This document shows positions 1-11,485 of a stretch of DNA of 64,000 bases, one piece after another. The translations under genes and the position numbers were made by a program. This DNA is from Scenedesmus sp. PABB004 (taxonomy: Eukaryota): positions 248,001 through 312,000 of the forward strand of contig JABVCE010000016.1 in assembly GCA_014905635.1 (NCBI GenBank). Reading direction: 5' to 3'. The stretch's first letter is position 1; each line of letters begins with the position of its first letter. Below the pieces are notes generated by a model. It searched no databases. It saw only the letters and a list, made by a program, of their open reading frames with translations, and was not told where the DNA came from.

Positions 1-259
1 GCTGCCGACGTACTGCGGGTGCGCCACGGCGTCAAACGGCCACCCGTGCGCCCAGGGAATGACCTTGCCGAGCTTGAAGCCGTAGTACACGCCGTCGTGG
101 CCGATCGCTGCAAAGGTGCCCACGTTCAGGCTCTGCCCGAACGCGGCGAGCAGCAGGAAGGCGAGCCAGCGCCAGAGCGGCACCGCGCCGAGGTCGAGGC
201 ACAGCCCCCGCGCGCGCAGGCCCGCGAACCAGAGCAGCACGAACGACGCCTGCAGCACT

Positions 260-302
<43 letters not shown>

Positions 303-576
303 TCGTTCGCCGCGGCGGCAGCGGCGGCAGCGGCGGCGGTCCGGGCCGCGCCCCCGCCGCCGCCGCCTCACCCTTGCCCAGCGCGCCCGCTTGGGCGAAG
401 CGATCGACGGGCTGCTTGGGGAAGAGGGACATCCAGAGGGCCGGCCGGAACCAGATCAGCGCGTAGAGAAAGTGCGGCGCCGCGACCGCCATCATCGTCG
501 CCAGCGCGCTCGGCGCGAGCAGCTCCGGCCGCTGGCAGGTCGCGAGCCGCACGAGGTCCTCCGTCACCGCCTCCAT
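1..576 (-). CDS. PLMT: Phospholipid N-methyltransferase (phosphatidyl-N-methylethanolamine methyltransferase), 3' end outside the window
   Basis: ATG at 576 and one GT-AG intron (371-258). Spliced translation includes GQSLNVGTFAAIGHDGVYYGFKLGKVIPWAHGWPFDAVAHPQYVGS, matching the PEMT/PLMT family GVYYG...W...PF...PQYVGS motif. Confidence 0.88.
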
Positions 577-673
577 GGCTGCTGCGGCGGCTCCCTGCCA
601 GGCGCTCGAGGATGCCGCCGCGCCGCCGCTGCCGCCGCTGCCGCTGCCGCTGCGCCGGCGCGCTCGGGCCAAT

Positions 674-916
674 CGCAGGGGCTCGCTGCGGCTGGCGGGT
701 CGCGCCGCGCTGTGCGTGCGAGGCGGCGGGGATCCTGAGAGCGGGAGCCGCAGCGGGCAGCGCGGCGCTGGACCGCCAGGGGTTCGCACCGACGCCACGC
801 GCGTTCGTCACTCGGGCACGCCCACCGCCCCGCGCGGCGAAGCTGCCCTGACTCCTTGTGCACCGTGCGCGCCTTGCGACTGGCGCGCCTGCACACACGC
901 GCGCACCACCACGTGC
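674..916 (-). repeat. Inverted, diverged copy of 6151-6394 (3' end of the phosphatase CDS plus downstream intergenic DNA)
   Basis: The reverse complement shares collinear blocks with 6151-6394, e.g. GCACGGTGCACAAGGAGT, CCTGGCGGT, CCCGCTCTCAGG, GCCGCCTCGCACGCACAGCG and CCGCAGCGAGCCCCTGCG. Confidence 0.9.
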
Positions 917-917
917 C

Positions 918-995
918 TCAGCGCGCGGCGGCCGCGCCTGCTGGCGCGCGGCGTTGCAGCCGGAACGCGCGCCAGTCCTCCTCGTCGCTGCTGCT

Positions 996-1050
<55 letters not shown>

Positions 1051-1919
1051 CCTGCGGCCAGCGCGTGCGACTCGACGCCAGGCCGCCCCGCCGCCGTGAT
1101 GATGCGCTCGGCGCCCGGCTCGGCGCCCGCGGCGGTGCGCTCGCGCAGGTCGAGCGCGACGGTGGGCCGCTCGGGCTGCCACACGCGCAGGACGAGGCCC
1201 TTGGCGCTGGCCGCGCCGCCCCTGGCGCCGCCGGCCGGCGCCGGCGCGCCGAGGCTGCCCGCCTGGCGCGGCGGCGACGGCGACGACGCAGCGCGCGCCC
1301 AGCGCGGCGTGTAGCTACAGGCGGGCGCGGGCTGCCGCGCACCCGCGTCCTGCGGGCACGCGCGCTGCTCCAGCTCCCGCGGCGGCGCCGCCTCCGCCTC
1401 CGCCTCCGCCTCCGCCTCCGCCTCCGCCTCCGCCTCCGCCTCCGCCTCCGCCTCCGTCCCCGCGTCGCGTGCGGGCGCCGCGGCCACGCCCGCGCTGCTG
1501 CTGCTGCTGCTGCTCCCTGCCGCGCCCGCCCGCGCGGCTGCCGCCGCCAGCCGCAGCAGCAGGCCGTCCAGCTCCCTGTCGGGCAGGCCGCCGCGCAGCA
1601 CCAGCGGCGCGCCCTGGGCCGCCGCTGCGTCGGCAGCCGGCGCCGCCGGGGGCTCGGCGCGGGCTCGCGCGCCTGCGGGCGCTGCCGGCGGGCTCGCGGG
1701 CGCCGCGCCCTCCGCGGCAGCACGGCGCGGCGGCGATGTGGGTGCGGCCTCGCGCGGGCCGCCGAGCGCTGGCACCGCCTCCCCCTCGGCTGCGAGCGCC
1801 TCCAGCGCCTCCGCCGCCGTGCCCGCCAGGCCGGTCAGCAGCGGCCGCGGGCTGCTGCCCTCGTCGTCGGACGAGTCGCTGGCGGCGCCGGCGAGCGAGG
1901 GCAGCGCGCCGGGGAGCAT
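918..1919 (-). CDS. Hypothetical low-complexity Ala/Glu/Asp-rich protein (single ORF, 333 aa)
   Basis: Uninterrupted ORF with host-like codons, (EA)n and (DG)n runs and short complex segments such as LVLRVWQPERPTVALDLRE. No family recognised. Confidence 0.5.
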
Positions 1920-2543
1920 GCTGGCGCCCGCGCCGGGCGAGCGGCGGCAAGCGCCGGCGGCGGGGCCGGCAGCGCGCGTGGGCTGGCGGGGCGGTGCACC
2001 GCACGGCGTGTGCTGTCCTCCGGACGCGGGACAGCGCTGTCGCGCGGCGGCGGCCTGTGCAGCGCTCGGGCGCGCACGGCGCCCGCTCGCGCGCGCCGGC
2101 AGTCGCGCGGCGGCGCCTGCCCCCTGCCTGCTGCCAGGGAGGCGTGGTGTGGTGTGGAGGTGGCGGTCTGCTCGGCAGGGGGTTGGCAGGGGCTGAAACT
2201 GTGTGGCCGCGCCTCAGGTGGTGCCAGGCCCTGCGCCGCGGCGGCACAAGCTGGGGCTCCCGCTCCCGATCGCCGATCGCAGGCGGCACCCCCCGACCCG
2301 TCACAGCCCACGCCCGCACCCGCACCGCAAGCACGACGACAGCTGCTGCTGCTGATCATCCACAGCGCTCGCGCCCCCTCTCGCGGCGCCGCCCCGGCCG
2401 CCCGCGCCCGTCGCCGGCGCCGCGTCTTCTTGAGCCCCAGCGCCCGGGCGTGCTCGCGCCCGCCGCGCCGGCCCCGCGCCGCGAGAGGCCCGCCCGGCGT
2501 CGCCGGCGCAGCGGTTGCCCCCGCCCCGCACAGCCCGGGCGCC

Positions 2544-4101
2544 ATGCTGCCCAGGCCGAGCGCCCACTCCAAGGCCCTTGGGCCGGGCGTGACGGGGCCG
2601 GAGCTCGCGGTCCCGAGCTCGGTGCCGCTCGCGCGGCCGCCGGGGCACAGCGCGCAGGCGCCGCTGTCGGGCGGCGAGGCGTTCATGGTCGACCCCCACG
2701 CCCTCGCCGACGCGTCGCGCCAGCACACGCAGTACCCCTACGTCACGGGGACCTCCGTGCTCGCGATCAAGTACAGGTCGGCGGCGCCGCGCGCGCGGGG
2801 ACGGGGCGGGCGGGCGGCACGGCCTCATCCCGCCGCGTGGCAGCAGAGCATGCGGCAGCGTGCTTCAGCGCGCCTGCGTGCGCTCCCCCCCCCCCCCCCC
2901 GCGCGCGCGCAGGGACGGCGTGCTGGTCGCGTGCGATACGCTCGGCGCGTACGGGTCGACCAAGCGCTACAAGAGCGTCGAGCGCATCAAGAAGGCGCGG
3001 GCGCCGCTGCCGCCGCTGCAGCGGCAGCGGCAGCGGCAGCAACGCGCGCACGCACGCACACACATACACACTCTCACGCCCCCGCCGCCGCCGCCGGGTG
3101 CCCCGCCGCCGCGGCGCAGGTGAACGAGCGCGTCGTGATCGCGGCGAGCGGCGAGCTCAGTGACTTCCAGTACCTCATCAAGCTGCTCGACGAGCTCACC
3201 ACCGACGACTTCAGGCGCGACGCGACGCGCCGCGCCGCGACGCCGCGACGCCGCCGCGCTGGCGGGCAGCGCGCGCCCTGGGCCGCCGCGCTGGCGGGCG
3301 GCGCGCGCGCGCCGCGCTGGCGGCGCCGCGCCGCGCCGCGCTCACGCCGCGCCGGCCGCCGCCGCTCGCGTGCGCGCAGGGCCGACGACGGCATCGCGCT
3401 CGGCCCGGCCGAGGTGTATGCGTACCTGTGCCGCGTGATGTACAACCGGCGCAACAAGTTTGACCCGCTCTGGAACAGCCTCGTCGTCGCGGGCGTGGAG
3501 CCGGGCAGCGACGAGGCCGACGGCAGCAGCGGCGCGAGCACATTCCTCGGCATGGTGCGGCGGGGCGCCGCGCGCGGGGCGGCGCGGGGCGGCGCGCGCG
3601 GGCGCCGCAGCCGCGCACTCGGGAGCCCACCGCCGCCGCCGCCGCCACGCGTTGGGCGACTGTGCGCGCCCGCGCGTGCGCGCAGGTGGGCATGATCGGC
3701 ACGCACTACACCGACAGCCACGTGACGACGGGCTTTGCCAACCACCTCGCCCGCCCGCTCTTCCGGGAGCGCCAGGACGACGGCATGTCCGAGGCGGACG
3801 CGGTCGAGCTGATGCACGAGGCGCTGCGCGTGTGCTACTACAGGCGCGGCGCCCGCGGCGCGGGGGGCCGGCGCCCGCGGCGGCGCCCCCGCGGCTGCAT
3901 GCGGCGCCCGCGCCGACGCGCCGACGCGCGTGCGCTGCGGCGGCGCCCGCGCGGCGCAGGGACAAGCAGAGCATCAACAAGTTCCAGCTCGCCAAGGTCA
4001 CCGCCGCCGGCGTCACGATCAGCGAGCCCTACGCGCTGGACGTCAACTGGGACCACAAGATGTTCGCCAAGCCCTCGCCCTGGGCGGTCGGCGCGTGGTG
4101 A
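2544..4101 (+). CDS. PBG1: 20S proteasome subunit beta-7 (PSMB4/PRE4 type), 6 exons
   Basis: Motifs TQYPYVTGTSVLAIKY, DTLGAYGS, SGELSDFQY, YNRRNKFDPLWN, TGFANHLARPLFR and YYRDK. The start could be 2544 or 2685. Three of five introns have GC donors. Confidence 0.95.
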
Positions 4102-4401
4102 GACGGCGCGCGAGCGAGCAGAGGCGGTTGCGTCGGCCGGCCGGCCGGCGGCGGTAATCGGCGGAAGCGGCGTCGGGCGTCCGCACCGCCGATCGCCCGC
4201 TCTCGCAACGCAACCGGTGTGGCGGTCGCGCGCCGCGGCCGCGGCAGCCCGGCGGGCGCGCGATCGAGCGGAGCAGCGGCGCAGCGTCCGCCGCCGCTCC
4301 GGCGCCCAGGCGATAACGGGCCGCCCCCGCGCCGCTCCACCCGACAATCTGCGACGTCACGCTCACAACGCGCCGCCCTGCGTGCCCAGTGCGCGGCCAG
4401 A

Positions 4402-6220
4402 ATGGCGCAGTCGGCTCTTGCGCAGTCGACCCGCGGCTGCAGACCCGCCGGCCGCCCCGCGGGGCGCCGGTGCGGAGCGCCCTTCACCGCCGCGGTCGGC
4501 GCCCGCGGCGCTCGGGCGCCGCGCGCCGGCGCGGGCGTGGCGCGGGCGCAGTCGCAGCAGGCCGGCGCAGTCGCGAGCACGGCGGAGCTGGCGCCCCTGC
4601 TGCCCCTGGACGGTGCGTCCCGGGGTGTGCGCGAGCCGTCGCGACCAGCGCCGCCTCGCCGCGGGCGCCGCGCGGCGCCGAGATCGCCGCCGCTGCTTCC
4701 GGTCGCGCCCGCCGCAGACAACTACGAGACCGCGCACGCCTTCTCCGACTTTGCCAACTGGCTGGTGCCGGGCACGCTGCTGGTGGGGCGCTACCCCTAC
4801 GTCGAGCCGAGCCGGTGCGCTGCGGCCGGCGCCGGCCCGGCGCGACGCGGCGCAGCAGGACTGTGCAGCGTCGGGCCGGCGGGCCTTGCCGCGGTCAAAT
4901 TGCGCAGCAGCGGGCAAGCGGGCGCCGCCCGCCCCGCGCCGCCGCGCGTCGCAGCTGCAAGACGTACGACGAGGGCGAGCGCAAGCTGGCGCAGATCCTG
5001 GAGGCCGGCGTGACCACTTTTTTCTCGCTGCAGGCGCGCGCGCGCGCGGCCGTGCCGGGCGGGCGTGCCGCCGGCGCGCGGCGCCCCGCTCACGCGCCCG
5101 CGGCGCGCCGTCGCGCGCGCGCTGGCGCGCAGGCCGAGGTGCCGGCGCAGGAGGCGCTGCCGCTGCGCGGCGCGAATGGCTTCATGCCTTACAAGAGCGC
5201 GGCGGAGCTCATCAAGCACTCCATGGTCGGGTGCGCGACAGCCAGGCGACTGCGGCGGCACCGCGGCGGGCCGCGCAGCGGGCGGCGCGCGGGCGGCGCG
5301 CCCGCGCCAGCGCGTGCGCGGCGCTTGCCGCTCGGCGCCGGCTGGTCGCCGGCAGGTCGGCCGGCCGCGGGCTGACCGGCTTGCCGCCGCCGCCGCGCGG
5401 CGCAGGCCGCCGCCGTCCGACCTCATGAACGGACTGCGCACGCCTGAGCTTGATCGCTATCTCCCGCCCAGGGTGCGCCGCGCCGCGCCGGCGCGACCAC
5501 CACCCGCGCGACCACCGCTGAGGCTGGCCGCCGCCGCGGCGCCTGCCCCGCGCGCCCCCTGCGACCCGCGCGCCCGCGCCCCACGTCCCTCCCCGCCGCG
5601 TCCGCGCCGCGCGCAGCACAAGCCGGCCAACGAGGCGTACGTCGCGTACGCGGCGCGCGAGACGCTGCAGTTTGGGCACTCGCCCATCGAGGACCTGGGC
5701 GTGCCAAGCGAGCGCCAGTGCGTGCCCGCCGCGCCGCGCCGCGGCGCGCACGCCGCGGGCGCCGCGTCCCGCCCCTCGCGCGCGCCGCGCCGCGCCGCGT
5801 TTGACCAGCCCGCCGCGCCGCGCTGCTGCAGGCTGGAGGAGCTCGTCGCCGAGCTGCAGCGCCGCGTGGAGGGCGGCGAGACGCTCTACCTGCACTGCTG
5901 GGGCGGCCGCGGCCGCGTCGGGCTCGTGGGCGCGGCCTTCCTGGCGGCGACGTACAAGTGCGGCCGGCCGCGCGGCGCCGGCCGCGCGCCGCCGGGCGGC
6001 GCGTCCCCTCGCCGCGCCCCGCGCCCACGCGCGCGCCGCCGCGCCGCCGCGCCGCCGCAGCCTGAGCGCAGAGGAGGCGCTGGAGCGCGTGCAGCGCGCG
6101 TTTGACACGCGCAAGGACAACGAGCGCCGCAGCCCCGAGACGGACGCACAGCACGCGATGGTGCGCGCGTTTGTGCAGGCGCACCAGTCGCGCAAGGCCG
6201 GCACGGTGCACAAGGAGTGA
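4402..6220 (+). CDS. Protein tyrosine/dual-specificity phosphatase-like protein (CX5R), probably organelle-targeted, 7 exons
   Basis: Catalytic loop LYLHCWGGRGRVG, plus ANWLVPGTLLVGRYP, PIEDLGVP and SPETDAQ. The Ala/Arg-rich N-terminus resembles a transit peptide. Confidence 0.85.
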
Positions 6221-6521
6221 GGGGAACTCCGCGCGCGGGGCGTGGCCGAGCGTTCAAACGCACCTGGCGGCGGTGTGAACCCTGGCGGTGCAGCGCACGA
6301 CTGCGGCGCCGCCCGCTGCCGGCGCCCGCTCTCAGGCCCCCTGCCGCCTCGCACGCACAGCGGCGCGACCCGCCATCCGCAGCGAGCCCCTGCGCGTGCG
6401 CCGCTCGAGCCCGGCGCGAGCAGTAGTCGCGCCGCCTGCCCGCACCCGCCGCCCGCAGCGCCTCGCAGCGCCTCGCAGCGCCCTGCGGTCTGGCGGGCGC
6501 CCCGCCGCCCGACAGGCCGCG

Positions 6522-7797
6522 ATGGCGCAGGAGCTCGCGATCTCGCTCGTCAGCACCGAGGGCGGCGCAGCGCTCCCCACCGTCTCGCACAACGGCAGCG
6601 TCTGGGTCGCATCCGAGCCGGGCGTGGAGTTCCAGGTCCTCGTGGTGATCCGCCGCCCCACCCCACACCAGCGCTTCCGGGTGAGGGCGCGACGCGCGTT
6701 CGAAGCCGCGCTGCCGCGCGCCGCGGCTGCGACGCCGCCGCCCCCGGCGGCGCGGCAGGTGTCGGTCAAGCTGGACGGCGAGTCTATCGGCTACACCAAG
6801 ACCCACTTCTCCGTCAGCTCCGCCGTGCCCGTCAGCATTCGCTTTGAGGGCCTGCCCGAAATCGACAGTGAGCGCGCGCGCTGCGCGCCGCGCCGCCGGC
6901 CGCGGCGGCACGCGCGGGCGCGCGGCGGCCGCGGCGGCACGCGCGGGCGCGCGGCGGCCGCCGCTCACGCCGGCCGCGTGGGCACGCGCGCGCGCGCGGC
7001 GGCCCCGCGCAGAGCACGGGGCCGTGTCGTACCGCGCGTTCCGCATGGCGGCCGCGGCCGCGCCCGGCTCTGGCGACGCGGTGGAGGTGGAGCACCCCGA
7101 CCAGATCAAGACGGGCCGCGTCGACGTCTCGGTCGAGCTCGTGCAGGCGGCGGGCGTCAGCGCCGGGCCGGTGGCGCCGCCGCCGCCGCCGCGCATCGGC
7201 GGCGCCGGCAACATGCGGCTGCCCGAGGGTGCGCGCGCGCGGGGGGCGCGGCCCCTAGAGCTCCTCCGCAGCCGCGCCGCGCCGCGCCGGCCCTGCCCCG
7301 CCCCGACGAGCCCGCCCCGGCCTCCTGCCAGGCAAGAAGTGGTTCCTGCAGCCGGGCCTGCAGGCGGGGGCGGGCAGCAGCGTCACGCACAGCGGCCAGG
7401 CGTGGGACCCCACCATCTACGCGACCGTCGGCCACCTCGGCAAGGCCACGCTCAAGTACGACACCGCGGAGCAGCTCTTCCTGCGCAACGTGCTGCGGCC
7501 CAGCGTCGCGACGCACGCCGCCATCATGCGCCGCAGCGCCAACCCGCGTGCGGACGCGCGCGTGGCTCGCAGGACGGGCGCGCGCTGGCTCGCAGGACGG
7601 CGGCGCGCGCGCGCGCGCGCTTGCAGGACGGGCCGCGCCGGCGACGCACGCGCCGCCCCGCGCCGCCCCGCGCCGCCTCGCAGGCATCGCCGCCATCGGC
7701 CGCGGCGAGGGCGACGACGGCGGCGGCGCGGCGCGGCAGCCGGCGGCGGCGGCGGCGGCGGCGGCGGGCGGCGGCCTGCGCGGCGTCAAGCGCGAGC

Positions 7798-7828
<31 letters not shown>

Positions 7829-8241
7829 GCGCGTGAAGCAGGAGGGCGGCGGCGGCGAGGCCGTGCCGCGGAGCGCGACGGCGGAAACCATCGACCTGGT
7901 CGAGAAGGCGCGGGGCGCGCCGGCGGGCTGCGCCAGCGTGCAGCACGCAGGGCGCCTGGTGCGGCCGGCCCGCTCACGCGCGGCGCGGCGGCGCGCCCGC
8001 AGGACGCCGGCGCGCGGCCGCTGGTGGTGGGCGGCAGGGCCGTGGCCAACGACGAGCTGGCGGTGTGCGACCTCTGCGCGAGCGACGACGAGGCGCCCGC
8101 GTGGCAGGCGCGGCGCTGCGCGGCGGGCGCCGCACGGCGCGGCTCGGCTCGCGCGCTGACCGCGGGGCTGGGCGCCGCGTCCGCCGCGTGTGCTGCCGCG
8201 CGCGCGAGCAGGTGCAGAAGAAGCCCGCGCTCAACCTGTGA
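6522..8241 (+). CDS. Hypothetical protein, about 7 exons
   Basis: Spliceable in-frame exons: VWVASEPGVEFQV, VSVKLDGESIGY, KKWFLQPGL, ATLKYDTAEQLFLRNVL, a VKRE/VKQE tail and TIDL. Function not recognised. Confidence 0.7.
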
Positions 8242-8379
8242 GACAGGGCAACTTTACACGACACGGCGCTGGGCTGCGCCAAGGCGGGGCGGCGGGAAAG
8301 AGAGGAGTGCATCGCGTGAGCAGGAGAGTTGACTGCATGATGCAAAGGCGCGCGCACCGTGGCTCACGAGTCTAGTCTC

Positions 8380-8567
8380 GCTCACGAGTCAAGGGTCTGG
8401 CCCACAGGAGGTCAAGGGCCTTTATTTGCAGTGCGACCGACCCAGCGGGCGCGACATCGCGCCACGCTGCACCATGGCACACGCGCGCGCAGGGCGGTGC
8501 GCCCGCTCGCGAGTCAAGAGTCAGGCCCACACGAGATCAAGAGCCTTTATTTGCACTGCCCGGCCGA
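8380..8567. repeat. Two imperfect direct repeats of about 60 bp (8380-8440 and 8505-8567) between convergent genes
   Basis: GCTCACGAGTCAAGGGTCTGGCCCACAGGAGGTCAAGGGCCTTTATTTGCAGTGC versus GCTCGCGAGTCAAGAGTCAGGCCCACACGAGATCAAGAGCCTTTATTTGCACTGC. Each copy reads AATAAA on the minus strand. Confidence 0.85.
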
Positions 8568-8696
8568 GCCAGGGCCAGCGGGCGCGGCGCGGCGCCGCGC
8601 TGCACGCCGTCGACGGATATCCGGAATGGGGAGTCCAGTCGGGCCGGGTCGCCGCACCACCAGTCACAGCGCTCACAGCAGTCACAGCACGTGCGC

Positions 8697-11415
8697 TCAG
8701 TGCGCGCCGCCGCCGCCGCCGCCCTTCATCTGAGCCGCCACAAGCCGCGCGTACCCGCCGTGCGGGATGGCGAGCAGCTCGTCGTGCGTGCCCTGCGCGC
8801 GCGGCGGGCGGGCGGGCGGGCGGGCGGCGGCGGGGCGGGCGCGCGTCACGCGAACCGCGCGCGTCGCGCCCGCGCGCCCCTCCCTCCCTCCCCCTCCCGC
8901 CACACAAGCGGCACGCGGCTGCGAACGAGCCCCGAGCAGCGCCCTGCCCCGCCCCCAATAAACACACACCAAACACACCCCACACACCCCCCCCCACACA
9001 CACACACGCACGCACGCACCTGCTCCAGAATGACCCCCCTGAAGACCACCGCGATCGCGTGCGCGCCGCGGATGGTGCTCAGGCGGTGTGCGACGACGAC
9101 GCTCGTGCGCCCGCCCATCACGCGGTCCAGCGCGTCCTGGCGCGTGGCCGGCGCGGCGGCGCGGCGGGGGCAGAGTCGAGCGCGGCGCGGCAGCCCGGCG
9201 CCCCGGGCGGGCGAGCTGCGGCGGGCGCGCGCGGGGGGACCCACCTGCACGACGCGCTCCGACGCGGCGTCGAGCGCGCTGGTGGCCTCGTCCTGCGCGC
9301 CGGCGCGGCGCGGCGCGGCGCGGCGCGTGCTCGGCCGGCGCGCGTGCGCTGCGGGGCGCGCAACAACAACAGCGCGCCGTTGCGGCCCCGCGGGCGCGCG
9401 CTGCGGGCCTCGTCCCGCGCACCAGGAGGAGGATCTTGGGGTCCTTGACCACCGCGCGCGCGATCGCGACGCGCTGCTTCTGCCCGCCGCTCAGCTGCAC
9501 GCCGCGCTCGCCGACCTGCGCGCGCGCCGCACACCGCGCGCCGCGGCGGCGGCGTGTGGGCGCCGAGGCGGCGCGCCGGCAGCACGGGGACCGGCCTGTG
9601 CGCACACCCTGCTGCACACGCGCGCGCGGCGACGGCGCGGCGCGGGCGCGGTGCGCGCACCGGCGTGTCGTAGCCCTGCGGCAGCGCGCTGATGAAGTCG
9701 TGTGCGTTGGCGGAGCGCGCCGCGGCCTCAACCTCCGCCAGCGTGGCGGCTGTGGGGGCGGCGCGGGGGCGCGGCGACGCGGGGGCGGTGGGCGGGCGGA
9801 CGCGGCGGGGGGCGCAAGCGGTGGGGGGTGTGGGCGCGCGGGCGGGGGTGGCAGGCCGCGGCTGCGCGGCGCGGCACGCTGCGCGGCGGTGGCGCGCACT
9901 GGGGCGGCCGTAGCGGATGTTGTCGATGATGCTGCCGCTGAAGAGCAGCGGCTCCTGGCTCACCAGCCCGATCTGCGCGGCGGCGCGGTGCGGCACGTGG
10001 CACGGCGCGGCGGGGTGAGGGGCGAGCCGGCGGCGGCGCGTGCCGCGGCCAGCCTGGTGTGGGGTGCCGGGCGGGCGGGCGGGCGGGCCGCTGCGGGCGT
10101 GTGCGTGTGTCACCCACCTGGTGTCGGAGCCACTTGAGGTTGTAGGTGCGTATGTCGCAACCGTCGAGCAGCACCGACCCCTCGAGGGGGTCGTAGAAGC
10201 GCTGCGGGGGTGGTGGTGGCGGTGGCGGTGTGTGTGGTGGCGGTGGGGGTGTGTGTGAGAGTGTGAGAGTGTGAGGTTGTGTGTGTGCGCGCGCGGCGCG
10301 GCGGAGAGGCCGGCGCGCGGCGGCGGGGCGCCCGCGCGCACCTCGATCAGCCCCACGACCGTCGACTTGCCGCTCCCCGACTCGCCCACGAGCGCCACGG
10401 TCTTGCCTGCGCGGCGCGGCGCGGGGCGCGGCGTGGAGTGGCGGCGGCGGCGCGGCGCGCGCGGGGCGGCGCCGGGGCCCGCCAGCCGCGCGCGCGGCAG
10501 CGCGGCGGGTTGTCGTGGTTGAGCGGCCGAGCTTTGAGGCGCTAAACCGCGACAACCAGCCGCGCCGCCGCGCGCACAGCTTCACACGCCGCCGCGCCGC
10601 CGCGCGCGTCGCCGCGCGCAGCTCTCTTCCCCCCCCCCCCGACCGCCCGCGCGCGCCCCGGCCGCGCCGCGCCCCCGGCGGCGCACCCGCGGGCACCGAG
10701 AGGCAGAAGTTGTTGAACACGCGGACCGCGGGGCGGTTGGGGTAGGCAAACACGACGTGCTGGCGGGGGGTGAAGTGAAGTGTGGGGCGAGCGGAGCGTT
10801 GCGTTGGGTTTCAGCGTAAAGTCGGTTTGGGGTGAGTTGAGCCGGGCGCGGGGCGGCGCGGGCGGGGGCGGGCTTGCCGGGAGAGGCCAGGCAGGGGCTG
10901 CGCCGCGCGGCCGCCGCGGCCCGGCGGCCGCCGCCGCACCCGCAGCTCGAGCGCGCCCGCGACGCCGCGCGGGTCGGGCGCGTCGCCGTCGGCGCTGGCG
11001 CTGTCGATGGGCGGCACGCGGTCAATCATGGGGAACACGCGCGCGAGGGCGCCCTTGGCCTTGGCGAGGTCGGGGAACGACATCTGCGAGTGTGGGTGTG
11101 GGGTGTGGGTGTGTGTGGAGGGGTGTGTGGGTGTGCAAGGGGAGAGGAGGATGCACGAGCACACGCAGAGCGGAGCAGGCCGTCCCCGCCCCCACCCCGG
11201 ACTGTGCGCGCCCCAAAGATGCGCGCCCCTGCGGCCGCCGCGCCCCCAGGGCCGCGCCCCTCCGGGCGCGCGCGCGCCTGCGACTGCGCGAGCCCGAGGG
11301 CGGCAAAGATGACGCAGAAGAAGGCCTTCAGGAAGGAGTCAAAGCTGGAGCGGCAGGAGGAGAGCTCGTACCCGCCAAACCACGTGATCAGTCCGTACCT
11401 GGGAGAGAAAGGGGG

Positions 11416-11485
<70 letters not shown>

